The notes beneath the pieces are model-generated. The model ran no database searches. It had not been told where the DNA came from and saw only the letters and a list, made by a program, of their open reading frames with translations. Shown piece by piece: positions 38,489 to 47,752 of a DNA stretch of 64,000 nt. How positions within the stretch are numbered: position 1 is the first letter of the stretch; each line of letters opens with the position of its first letter. The DNA is from Candidatus Babelota bacterium (GTDB lineage Bacteria > Babelota > Babeliae > Babelales > Vermiphilaceae): assembly GCA_020431705.1 (NCBI GenBank), contig JAGQHQ010000005.1, positions 1,028 through 65,027 on the forward strand. The letters run 5' to 3'. The position numbers and the translations under genes were made by a program.

Positions 38489-39556
38489 CTAGTGTGAATA
38501 CACAAATGAATGTTTTTTATGCCATTTATGAGCAATATAAGGATTCCATATAGCACCACCAGCACTCATAGCCACGTCTGCACCAAGGTCCAAAAAAACA
38601 TCAAAATCATCTGCGCATGTTACACCACCAGCTGCAAGTAATATTAAACTTAATTTTTCTTGATCAATAATTGTACGAGTATCTATAATAAATTCCTGCG
38701 CTAAACTAAAAATTGGCTTACCCGAAATACCAGCTTTAATTCTTTTACCAAATGTAGGTTTTCCATCCTTATTCATAACCTTTCTTGGCATAGAATTAAT
38801 ACCACAGATACCTCGAGCACCAGCACGAGCTGCAGCATATAATACTTTTTTTGCTTGCTCATAATTATCAAATACACCAACTTTTATTATGATTGGTAAA
38901 TTAACAGCCCTATTAACTGTCTTAACCAACTTATAAACATCATAATAATTCTTATATAATGATTTACCGCAATAATTTGGGCATGATATATTCAGCTCTA
39001 CAGCTTGTGCGCCAGCCTCTTGCACTAAAGCAGCAACATAGGCAAAATCATCAAAAAACGTTCGCGCTTTTTGTTCAACACTTCCATAAACAGAGACTAT
39101 GAGAAATTGTCCATTAGACATACATGATTTTGCAAATGCAATATCTTCAAGCACCCAATTGATGTTCAAGCATGCATTTCCAAAAGAGTTAGCAATAGCT
39201 ACATTGGTTAGATCAGTCACTGTGTATTTGGATAAAAAAATATCTCCCTCATCAATTTTTTTAAGCTGCTTTTTACACTCTATCCAAGAAATATTTGGCA
39301 TTGGATGAGCATTAACACAAATACTCCTGACCGTCTTGTACGTCAGAACATCAAATCCTAATTTAGTTATTTGCTCAATTTTTTTACCTGTTGTAATACT
39401 ACATGCGGGAATCCCAAGAGGACTGGCAATTTTGCTATCAAGAAACGGGTACCACAAGTTTTTATCTGGCCAAATGCGCTCAGGAATTTCATGGTCAAGT
39501 TTACCAGCATTTTTGGCATTATATTCGAAGTTTTTATCTATATCATAAAAAGACAT
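38489..39556 (-). CDS. pyrD: Dihydroorotate dehydrogenase-like flavoenzyme (class 1-type NISCPN motif)
   Basis: SPLGIPACS, ELNISCPN (Cys base, class 1-like), PIIIKVG, GISGKPI and LLAAGGV are present. The N-terminal extension is unusual. Confidence 0.75.
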   Translation of the reverse strand: MSFYDIDKNFEYNAKNAGKLDHEIPERIWPDKNLWYPFLDSKIASPLGIPACSITTGKKIEQITKLGFDVLTYKTVRSICVNAHPMPNISWIECKKQLKKIDEGDIFLSKYTVTDLTNVAIANSFGNACLNINWVLEDIAFAKSCMSNGQFLIVSVYGSVEQKARTFFDDFAYVAALVQEAGAQAVELNISCPNYCGKSLYKNYYDVYKLVKTVNRAVNLPIIIKVGVFDNYEQAKKVLYAAARAGARGICGINSMPRKVMNKDGKPTFGKRIKAGISGKPIFSLAQEFIIDTRTIIDQEKLSLILLAAGGVTCADDFDVFLDLGADVAMSAGGAIWNPYIAHKWHKKHSFVYSH

Positions 39557-39759
39557 ATATAAGCTCCCTTCTTTTTACTGCTGGCTATATAATCACAAAA
39601 ATAGCTGTTATTCAAGATAAAATATACTCAAAACACACCTTATGTCTTTTTATCTCTACAATATATCCTATAAAAAATGTTTACACCCTGTATAACAAAC
39701 CACTACGATACTTAAGTCGTGAGCGGCATAAAAAGAATAATCCCATAATCTATTTAGCT

Positions 39760-41148
39760 ATGAAAAAATATAAAACATCAATTTTTATTTTTCGAAGAGA
39801 CCTCCGTTTAGATGATAATATTACACTTTTACAGGCACTATCAGAATCAGAAAAAGTTATTTCCTGCTTTATTTTTGACCCCCGCCAAGTTGGTATAAGC
39901 AATAGTTTCAAGAGCAAAAACTGTATTCAATTTATGATTGAATCACTAAAAAATTTAGATGAGCAGCTCAAACAAAAAAAAGGCAAGTTGTATATTTTCA
40001 ATGGTATTGCAGAAAAAGTAGTTGAGCGGCTCATCAAACAGGAAACAATCGAAGCTATTTATGTCAATGCGGATTACACACCGTTTAGTATAAAAAGAGA
40101 TAATGCAATAAAAAGAATATGTTTAAGACAAAAAATAAAATTTATCTCGTGTGATGATTTGCTGCTTAATGCACCAGAAAAAATAAAAAAACAAGATGGC
40201 ACACCCTATAGCATCTTTAGTGCCTTTTATAAGCGTAGTATTAGAGAAACAATTGCCATACCAAAAATATGTAGAAAGAAAAATTTTTACATACACGCAA
40301 TTAGAGGCTCACAAACACCTATGATATATAAAAAATTTTTGAAAAAAGAAAATCCCAATTTACATGTTAATGGCGGCACACAAGAGGCAAAAAAGTTAAT
40401 TGGCAATATTACTCGCTTGAAAAGTTATACAAAAACAAAAGATTTTCCTGCTATTGAAACTAGTAATCTGTCTGCACATTTAAAGTTTGGCACCATATCA
40501 ATTCGCCAAACATATCATAGTATTGGCAAAAAATTGGGAAAAGATCATCCACTGATAAAACAACTATATTGGCGGGATTTTTTTACGCATATTGCCTACA
40601 ATAGTCCATTTGTATTTGGACAAGCATATTACAAAAAATATAACAAATTATGGTGGAGTAAAAGTAAAACCAATTTTAAAAAGTGGTGTAACGGTAAAAC
40701 TGGATTTCCAGTTGTTGATGCAGGCATGCGGCAACTTAATAAAACTGGTTTTATGCATAATCGAGTACGAATGATTGCCGCTTCATTTTTAACAAAAGAT
40801 TTACATATTAATTGGACATGGGGAGAAAAATATTTTGCACAACAATTGGTTGATTATGATCCAAGCGTTAATAATGGCAATTGGCAATGGTCAGCATCAA
40901 CAGGGTGTGATGCACAGCCGTATTTTAGAATTTTCAACCCATGGCTACAGCAAAAAAAATTTGATCCTGAATGCATGTATATAAAAAAGTGGGTTCCTGA
41001 ACTTAAAAATATTGATAATCAAATTATTCATAGCTGGTTTAAAGATACACACGATTCAATACATAATTATCCAACACCAATGGTCGATCATGCTATTGAA
41101 AGTCACAAAGCAAAGATGCTATACAAAGAAATTACAAATAAACAATAA
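39760..41148 (+). CDS. phr: Deoxyribodipyrimidine photolyase / cryptochrome family
   Basis: Homology starts at the ATG at 39760 (MKKYKTSIFIFRRDLRLDDN). YWRDFF, TGFPVVDAGMRQLNKTGFMHNRVRMIAASFL and NNGNWQWSASTG are present. The track ORF start at 39403 overlaps pyrD antisense. Confidence 0.9.
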   Translation: MKKYKTSIFIFRRDLRLDDNITLLQALSESEKVISCFIFDPRQVGISNSFKSKNCIQFMIESLKNLDEQLKQKKGKLYIFNGIAEKVVERLIKQETIEAIYVNADYTPFSIKRDNAIKRICLRQKIKFISCDDLLLNAPEKIKKQDGTPYSIFSAFYKRSIRETIAIPKICRKKNFYIHAIRGSQTPMIYKKFLKKENPNLHVNGGTQEAKKLIGNITRLKSYTKTKDFPAIETSNLSAHLKFGTISIRQTYHSIGKKLGKDHPLIKQLYWRDFFTHIAYNSPFVFGQAYYKKYNKLWWSKSKTNFKKWCNGKTGFPVVDAGMRQLNKTGFMHNRVRMIAASFLTKDLHINWTWGEKYFAQQLVDYDPSVNNGNWQWSASTGCDAQPYFRIFNPWLQQKKFDPECMYIKKWVPELKNIDNQIIHSWFKDTHDSIHNYPTPMVDHAIESHKAKMLYKEITNKQ

Positions 41149-41152
41149 CTTG

Positions 41153-41455
41153 CTATAAAATACGCATATTTATTAAAAAGCACCCTACAAGTAATTTGCA
41201 GGACGACACATATGTTTTTTTGTAAGAACCTATCCCAAAATTAAGACCTTGAAATAATCTTGTAAAAAATGGAAAATCTCGCTGACAAAAAGATGTTAAA
41301 AATTCATCTAAGGGTCCATGATACTTCTTTGCGTTAATTTTTGTAAAAACAGCTAAAACAAGATCTATATATGGCAAAGCTTTTCTAATTGATCGAGTAA
41401 ATTGTGGATAACTTGGAATATTTTTAAAACATCCTGAAAACTCTGTTCGCATCAA
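41153..41455 (-). mobile_element. Transposase fragment (IS982-like N-terminal piece; family uncertain)
   Basis: FSGCFKNIPSYPQFTRSIRKALPYIDLVL resembles the IS982 '..FPNLxSYxRF..' region. Positions 41225-41308 are repeated at 54481-54565. Confidence 0.45.
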
Positions 41456-41497
41456 ACTATAAAATTATTTCTCTGTAAAGAAATTTCTTTAGCATTG

Positions 41498-41533
41498 GCT
41501 AGCTCCTTTTTTTGTCCAAAAAAACGAAGCTAG
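41498..41533 (-). terminator. Long imperfect hairpin downstream of ybeY
   Basis: gctagctcc-ttttttt-gtcc-aaaaaaa-cgaagctag has outer 6-7 bp and inner 7 A:T pairs. It lies about 60 nt after the ybeY stop. The call is weak. Confidence 0.3.
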
Positions 41534-41592
41534 TCTACTTTGTTTTTACTTATTTTTTAATTTCACAATTCACTCTTGAATACACAAACTTG

Positions 41593-42045
41593 TTATTGAG
41601 ATAGTTTTTTAAGCAAAAAATTTTCTTGTTTTTTCATTACTGCATAATCTTGATCTTTGATGTGATCATAGCCAAGCAGATGGCAGATACCATGAACTAA
41701 TAGCATTTGCATGTGTTGTTCAAAACTGTGTCCCCATCGTGGGGAATCTTTTTTGACATATTCAGGACTGATGATAATATCACCCAGATTTCTATCTTCA
41801 TCTGTTGTTGCGCTAATTTTATCGCCAGCTTTTAGGTCGGAGTGATAGGGAAATGAGAGGATATCAGTGGGTTTATCTTTATTGCGGTAATTATGGTTAT
41901 ATTTTTTGATGGTTGTATTGGTTGTTAGCCAAATACCCAAATCAAAATCATTATAACCTAAGATATCCAATATTTTTTGTGCGTCTTGCTGCAATTTTTT
42001 TTGATTGATGTTTATTTTTTTCTGTGTGTTTCTGATAAGAATCAT
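41593..42045 (-). CDS. ybeY: rRNA maturation endoribonuclease YbeY
   Basis: The HGICHLLGYDH zinc motif is present in a 150-aa protein. The start overlaps the valS stop (ATGA). Confidence 0.9.
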   Translation of the reverse strand: MILIRNTQKKININQKKLQQDAQKILDILGYNDFDLGIWLTTNTTIKKYNHNYRNKDKPTDILSFPYHSDLKAGDKISATTDEDRNLGDIIISPEYVKKDSPRWGHSFEQHMQMLLVHGICHLLGYDHIKDQDYAVMKKQENFLLKKLSQ

Positions 42046-44516
42046 GTAACAAACCCATGCCAGAAGCCATCTTTTTCTTCTAGTTTATCAGATATTTTAT
42101 TGGTAATTTTATACTCAATATCATAGGCTTGTGTTACACCACGTAATAATTGATCTTGTTTTTTGATAGCCTCAAGTAATTCTGTATCAATTAGACCAAC
42201 AGTAAGTTTTTTTAGCTCTGTTTTTAACGAAAGTTGCTTGGCTGTTTTGAGCTTGCGTACTTTTACAACAAGATCAACAATATGATCCATAATTTTTGTT
42301 TCTTGTTCAAACATGTATGCTTGTTGCATATTGGCAAAGCTTGTTTGATGTAGTGAATCTGTGGACGTATTAGGTTTATATATTTCTTGGTACAATACTT
42401 CAGTTACATGTGGTACGAATGGTGCGTACAGTTGCAAGATGCGTAAACCGACATGATACAATGTTGCTTGAGTTTCTTGTACATGTTGTTCATCATAATT
42501 TTTTGGATTAAACAACTGATTTTTAATTAATTCTAAATAATTGTCGCAAAATGTTTGCCAGAAAAATTTCTCTGATACGCCGAGTGCTAAACTGAACTCA
42601 TTTTTTTCAAAATATTTTTTGTATTGATCGAATGTGTTGCTTGCATTATGTAGTAGCCATTTATTAATTGGTGAAGAAACCTCAACTAAATTGTTTACAG
42701 ATGTAATTGTGGTTGTGTGCTCATTTAAAAATAAAAATGCATTCCACAATTTTGTAATGAGTTTTTGTCCAATTTTTAATTGTGTTTCAGAAAATGCAGT
42801 ATCTTGTCCTAGGGCGCCAGAAGCTGTCCAATATCTTATAACATCAGCAGGATATTTTTCTAATAACGCTATTGGCGCAAGTGCTTTTTGTTCTTTTGAT
42901 TTAGAAAGTTTTTCTTTATCACCACTCAGTACATGGCCAGAAATAATAATATCTTTCCATGGAATAGTCGTATGATGCATCCATACCTTTACAATGGTAT
43001 CAAATGCCCATGTGCGAATAATGTCATGCGCTTGCGGGCGCATACTTATAGGAACAAATGTGCCTGCGGGCTCGGTAAGTGGATTTACCTGCTTACCTTC
43101 AACAACATTGCTGTAAAGCTTGTGACATAAATATGGAGAGAGTGAAGATGTGTTCCACGTATCCATAACATCTGTATCAGGAATAATATTTGATGATCCG
43201 CATGTGGTGCATGAACCTGAATATTGAGTTTCTTGCGGGTCGATAGGCAAAGTTTCAATATCTGCTAACAGAATTTCATTGCAATCTTGGCAATGCCACG
43301 CAGGAAATGGAATACCATAATAGCGCTGGCGAGATAAACACCAATCCCATCCAATATTATTAACCCAATCTAGATAGCGAGCTTTCATAAAATTTGGGTG
43401 CCAGTTAATCTGATTTGCTAACTCAATAAATGTTTTTTTGTGAGACATAATATTTAAAAACCACTGCGGCAACATCAAGTATTCAATTTCTTGTTTACAG
43501 CGTTCGTGTACATTTACCACGTGAGAAATCGGCTTTTGCTCAAGTAATAAGTTGTTGTTTTTGAGTGTGTCTAAAATGATCTGGCGTGCCTCTTTGCATT
43601 TTTTGCCAGCCAATATACCAGTATCTTCGCCCCATTTTCCATCACGGCCAACTGATTGTTTATAATTAAGATTAAAATCTTTATACCATTCAATATCAGT
43701 ACTGTCACCGAACGTACAACACATTACTAACCCAGTTCCTTTTTCTGGGTTAACACGTTTATCGGCATAAATAGGGATTTGATATTCAAATAATGGTACG
43801 ATTGCTTTTTGATTTTTTAAATGTTTATACCGTTTATCATCAGGGTGATAAAACATTGCAACGCATGAAGATAATAGCTCTGGGCGCGTTGTTCCGATTA
43901 ATAAATTGTTACCTTCTTGATCTTTAAATACGATAGTGCTGAAAAGTGAATCATGTTGTGCATCATCAAGCTCTGCTTGTGCGACAGAGGTTCTACAGGA
44001 TGTGCAATAGGGAGCAGGTTCATTTTTGCGATATATAAATCCTTTCTCATGCAATCTGATAAATGATTCTTGTGAAAGCTTCCGTGTGCTTGCCGAAATA
44101 GTTGAATATATAGCATCCCAATTTGCAGAAAGTCCCATACGCTTCCATAGTTGAGTAAACTCTTGTGCTGAAAGCTCTACTTCTTCAAGGCATACCTTAA
44201 TAAATTCTGAGCGACCAATTTTGTATGGGCTTACTTTGCGTTTTTTTTCTACATATCGTTCAGTTGGTAGGCCGTTATCATCAAAACCAAAAGGATAAAA
44301 AATAGAAAAACCATTCATTCGCTTATAGCGAGCAATGATATCTGTTTGTGTGTATGAGAATATATGCCCAATATGCAGAGAACCAGAAACAGTTGGTGGT
44401 GGTGTATCTATAGTGTATTGTTGCCCTTGATTATTTTGTGGTGCATAGGTTTTTTTATTATCCCAACTATCTTGAATCTTTTTTTCGTGAACTTTATGAT
44501 CGTATTTTTTATCCAT
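42042..44516 (-). CDS. valS: Valyl-tRNA synthetase (short, archaeal/actinobacterial-like type)
   Basis: TPPPTVSGSLHIGHIFSYTQTD (HIGH), a CP1 editing region and KLSKSK (KMSKS) are present. At 824 aa the protein has no long C-terminal coiled coil. Confidence 0.92.
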   Translation of the reverse strand: MDKKYDHKVHEKKIQDSWDNKKTYAPQNNQGQQYTIDTPPPTVSGSLHIGHIFSYTQTDIIARYKRMNGFSIFYPFGFDDNGLPTERYVEKKRKVSPYKIGRSEFIKVCLEEVELSAQEFTQLWKRMGLSANWDAIYSTISASTRKLSQESFIRLHEKGFIYRKNEPAPYCTSCRTSVAQAELDDAQHDSLFSTIVFKDQEGNNLLIGTTRPELLSSCVAMFYHPDDKRYKHLKNQKAIVPLFEYQIPIYADKRVNPEKGTGLVMCCTFGDSTDIEWYKDFNLNYKQSVGRDGKWGEDTGILAGKKCKEARQIILDTLKNNNLLLEQKPISHVVNVHERCKQEIEYLMLPQWFLNIMSHKKTFIELANQINWHPNFMKARYLDWVNNIGWDWCLSRQRYYGIPFPAWHCQDCNEILLADIETLPIDPQETQYSGSCTTCGSSNIIPDTDVMDTWNTSSLSPYLCHKLYSNVVEGKQVNPLTEPAGTFVPISMRPQAHDIIRTWAFDTIVKVWMHHTTIPWKDIIISGHVLSGDKEKLSKSKEQKALAPIALLEKYPADVIRYWTASGALGQDTAFSETQLKIGQKLITKLWNAFLFLNEHTTTITSVNNLVEVSSPINKWLLHNASNTFDQYKKYFEKNEFSLALGVSEKFFWQTFCDNYLELIKNQLFNPKNYDEQHVQETQATLYHVGLRILQLYAPFVPHVTEVLYQEIYKPNTSTDSLHQTSFANMQQAYMFEQETKIMDHIVDLVVKVRKLKTAKQLSLKTELKKLTVGLIDTELLEAIKKQDQLLRGVTQAYDIEYKITNKISDKLEEKDGFWHGFVT

Positions 44517-44561
44517 AATGCTTAATTTTACTTGTAATGCACTAAATCGTCAAAATTGTTA

Positions 44562-46883
44562 TTACGTAAGATATTTTTTATTTAACTGAGCAATTAAAGT
44601 CATTGCATTATTTTTTATTTGTTCAGGACCATTGCTTTGTACTAGTTGAGCAAGGAGTTCTTTAGCCATTGGGATGCGGCCCATTTTTTCATAACATGCG
44701 GCCATGCGGATATTAATGTGGGGAAATTGTTTTTCAAATGGTTTGAGTTTTGCAAAAAGTTCTAGTGCTATATCTGGATTGTTCATGTTCAAATATGCTT
44801 CTGCGATATTATATGTAATGCGCACATCATCTGGATTTCTGTGTAGTAGTTGCTTATATAATGGAATTGCTTTGGCGTGTTGTTTATTTAAAAAATAAGC
44901 ATTTGCTAAACTAAAATATGTTTCATAATCGTTTGGTTTAAATTCTAACAGACGTGTGAATGCAATAATAGCATCTTCATATTTTTTCATCCTCATACTT
45001 GCTTTTCCATACATTGTAAAGCCAAATTCATTATCAAGATCGGCCTTAGTGCAACAAGCTTTAAAACATTCCCATGCTTTTTCTATTTCATTTTTTTCTA
45101 GATATACGCGCCCTAAATTAAAATAGGCTTTGCCATAATACGGGCGCAAACGTAAAGCTGTTTTGAGAATTTTTTCTGCTTCATCAAATTTCTTCTTTTG
45201 CACATAAAATGATGCTAAATTATTGTAGCCTTCAGGATAATATGGATTTATTTTTATACCACGCCTGAGTGCTTGAATGGCTAGATCTATCTTACCAACT
45301 TGACTATATGCGACGGCTAGATTATTGCATGGGTCTGGGTAGTTCGCATCCATAGCAATTGCTTTTTTAAAGTAGGGGATTGACTCTTCAAATTTGTGCA
45401 TTTTTTGTGAAAGTTCGACGCCATAATTATTATAGGCACGTGCTTTACCAGGTGCATTTTTAATAATATTTTCCCAAAATTCATGCCCCGAACGCCATAC
45501 CTGATTTCTGTTAATAGTGGCAAATCCAATAAGTGTTGCAAATACGAGCATAAATGCGAGGTTAATATATGATTGTTCTAATAAAAGAGATTTGGTTTTT
45601 AATTGTTTTTTTGCCCATAAAAAAAAGTTAAAAATGCCACAAGATAGAATAAAAAGCCAGCCAATTGATGCAGTGTATGTTTTGTAGTCTACTAGTAATT
45701 CTGGCGATGGAATAATACTGGAGCGTGGTGCAATGCAAATAAAAAACCACAGTGCACCAAAAGCAATGGTATGGTTCATACTTCTGCGAAGTAGAGTAAT
45801 AACACTCCATGAGATAAGGCATAGCGCTAAAAATGGTATAAATGCATCTGGTGATAAAAAGTCGCGTGCTAATTTCCAATCATACTCAACGCTGATACCA
45901 AATGGCCAAATAAACATCCATAGGTAGTGCAAAATAACTTTAAACTGCGAAATGAAGAATATCCACGGAGTAATGGTTGTTTGTGGTGTATGGGTTATTA
46001 CATTACCAATATTATTTTTTGCCAACCGCTTGAAACCTAAAATATCAGTGAAAAATTGTGGCTTGAGTAGATATAAATAAATACCAAAAACGGTGGCAAA
46101 AATTCCTATGTGGAGCCACAATCGCTTTTTGAGTGATAACCAATCTCCTTGTGACACAAAGAACCAATCAATCAACAAAATAAGTGTAGGAGAGATTATA
46201 GCAATTTCTTTTGTGCCGCATGAAAGTATAGCAAGGATAAATAAAATGCATGTTAAAACTACGTTAGATAGTGTATTTTGGGTGCGTGCATATAATAAAA
46301 AAATTAAGCTCATACCTAAAATTGTCATACATGAGAGGCCCTCAAGCTGCCCTTGAATAACGTATGATACTGTTTGTGTTTGCACAGGATGCAACAAAAA
46401 TAATAATGAGGTAAGTGTAGCCAATTCGAATTTATTTTTTGTAAAAAAGCTTGTTTTTTTTAATTGTGATAATGCATAAAAAATAACAAAAAAAACAAGT
46501 AGGCCGTTGATGATATGAAATGAGATATTAAATAAACGATAGTAAAATGGTTCAAACTTACCTAGCTTATAATTAAGTGAGTTGAGCCAGTAACTGATCC
46601 AACGTGGGCCAGAAAAAAATAATCGTTCTAGGCTGTAGTGGCGAATATTAAAGTGTTTAGTTATATTGGCGATATCATCAAACTGAAATTCATAATTAAG
46701 TGAAGGGTAATATATAATTGCAGTAAGCGACGCAAGAATTGTTGTTATTATAACATTAAAAGACCATTGATGTGTTTTTTTTGTTACACTATTGTTTTGC
46801 TTCATATTTTTTTCTCTAGATATACATTTTTTAAGCAACTTTTGCAGTCTAGCCTTCGATTTTTTTTTTGTCGAGGTATCCAT
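44562..46883 (-). CDS. GT-C-fold membrane glycosyltransferase-like domain fused to C-terminal TPR repeats (TMTC/PMT_2-like architecture)
   Basis: The N-terminus has YYPSLNYEFQFDDIANI (an F.(F)DD motif after TM1) and at least 9 TM segments. The C-terminal ~300 aa form regular 34-aa TPR units (AYNNYG.., PDPCNNLAVAY.., YNNLASFY..). Confidence 0.7.
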   Translation of the reverse strand: MDTSTKKKSKARLQKLLKKCISREKNMKQNNSVTKKTHQWSFNVIITTILASLTAIIYYPSLNYEFQFDDIANITKHFNIRHYSLERLFFSGPRWISYWLNSLNYKLGKFEPFYYRLFNISFHIINGLLVFFVIFYALSQLKKTSFFTKNKFELATLTSLLFLLHPVQTQTVSYVIQGQLEGLSCMTILGMSLIFLLYARTQNTLSNVVLTCILFILAILSCGTKEIAIISPTLILLIDWFFVSQGDWLSLKKRLWLHIGIFATVFGIYLYLLKPQFFTDILGFKRLAKNNIGNVITHTPQTTITPWIFFISQFKVILHYLWMFIWPFGISVEYDWKLARDFLSPDAFIPFLALCLISWSVITLLRRSMNHTIAFGALWFFICIAPRSSIIPSPELLVDYKTYTASIGWLFILSCGIFNFFLWAKKQLKTKSLLLEQSYINLAFMLVFATLIGFATINRNQVWRSGHEFWENIIKNAPGKARAYNNYGVELSQKMHKFEESIPYFKKAIAMDANYPDPCNNLAVAYSQVGKIDLAIQALRRGIKINPYYPEGYNNLASFYVQKKKFDEAEKILKTALRLRPYYGKAYFNLGRVYLEKNEIEKAWECFKACCTKADLDNEFGFTMYGKASMRMKKYEDAIIAFTRLLEFKPNDYETYFSLANAYFLNKQHAKAIPLYKQLLHRNPDDVRITYNIAEAYLNMNNPDIALELFAKLKPFEKQFPHINIRMAACYEKMGRIPMAKELLAQLVQSNGPEQIKNNAMTLIAQLNKKYLT

Positions 46884-47020
46884 TTTAAATGCAATTGAAA
46901 GGTTTGTTAGTGTTTACTACTATGTAGTTGTTTTGATTGTTAGGTTGTTTTGTTTGACCCTATTTTTAATTTACCGTAAGCTTTGTATAGGCCTATTATC
47001 ATTATGTATAAAGGATTTTC

Positions 47021-47734
47021 ATGGTTACACTGCAAGGTGTTTCTTCAATCATTACTATTATCACGCTATTAATCGCATATTGTATTTCTGTTGCAGTTGC
47101 AGGTGCATTTCGCGCATGGACTGCATATAAAATGGGTGACGAAACCGGGCAAGCGCTTGGTTTTTTAACATTAAGTCCTCTGGCGCATATTGACCTGTTT
47201 GGTCTTGCTTTTTTGTTTGTTTTTCAATTCGGATGGGGACGGCATATTCCTATTAATCCATTAAATATTCATGGTCCATCACGTACATTGCGCATGTGTG
47301 CGGCATATCTTTCTGATACATTTGCACATCTTGCTGTTGCAACTATTGGTATGTTTACTTTACTTGTTGGTTTTGGTACGCGTGTTTTAGAGTTGGTGAT
47401 TCCAATGGTACGTTTTGGTGTTATGTCTCATACGTATATTGCGCAAGAATATACTGCAAGTTCTTCTCTGGCAGTTTCTTTGATGTTTATTATTATTGCA
47501 ATAGTATATTTAAATGTTGTTCTTGCTGCCTTGAGCTTTATCATAAGTGGTTTTGGTTTACTGACTATATTTTTACTTGAGCGTTATCCAGAATATTGGC
47601 GCTATAGAAATTATTTATTTTTGCTGGTACCGATGTTGTTAATTTTATTCTTTTCTTATCCACTGCGTCTTTTTGTGTTGTGGATTATTTCAACAATTGG
47701 TTTTATGCTTGCGTATTTTGTTAATCTTGTCTGA
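47021..47734 (+). CDS. Site-2 protease (M50B)-like membrane protein lacking the catalytic motifs
   Basis: AYKMGDETGQALGFLTLSPLAHIDLFG matches the family block that follows HExxH. The HExxH position reads AGAFR, and the NxxLAxFNLxPxxPLDG position reads LNVVLAALSFIISGFGL. Confidence 0.65.
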   Translation: MVTLQGVSSIITIITLLIAYCISVAVAGAFRAWTAYKMGDETGQALGFLTLSPLAHIDLFGLAFLFVFQFGWGRHIPINPLNIHGPSRTLRMCAAYLSDTFAHLAVATIGMFTLLVGFGTRVLELVIPMVRFGVMSHTYIAQEYTASSSLAVSLMFIIIAIVYLNVVLAALSFIISGFGLLTIFLLERYPEYWRYRNYLFLLVPMLLILFFSYPLRLFVLWIISTIGFMLAYFVNLV

Positions 47735-47752
47735 TGAAAAGCGACGTATTAC

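Noticed and set aside
39403-39759. A 119-codon N-terminal extension of the photolyase ORF.
   Set aside because: It overlaps the pyrD 5' end on the opposite strand and has no photolyase homology. Homology begins exactly at the ATG at 39760 (..IFIFRRDLRLDDN).
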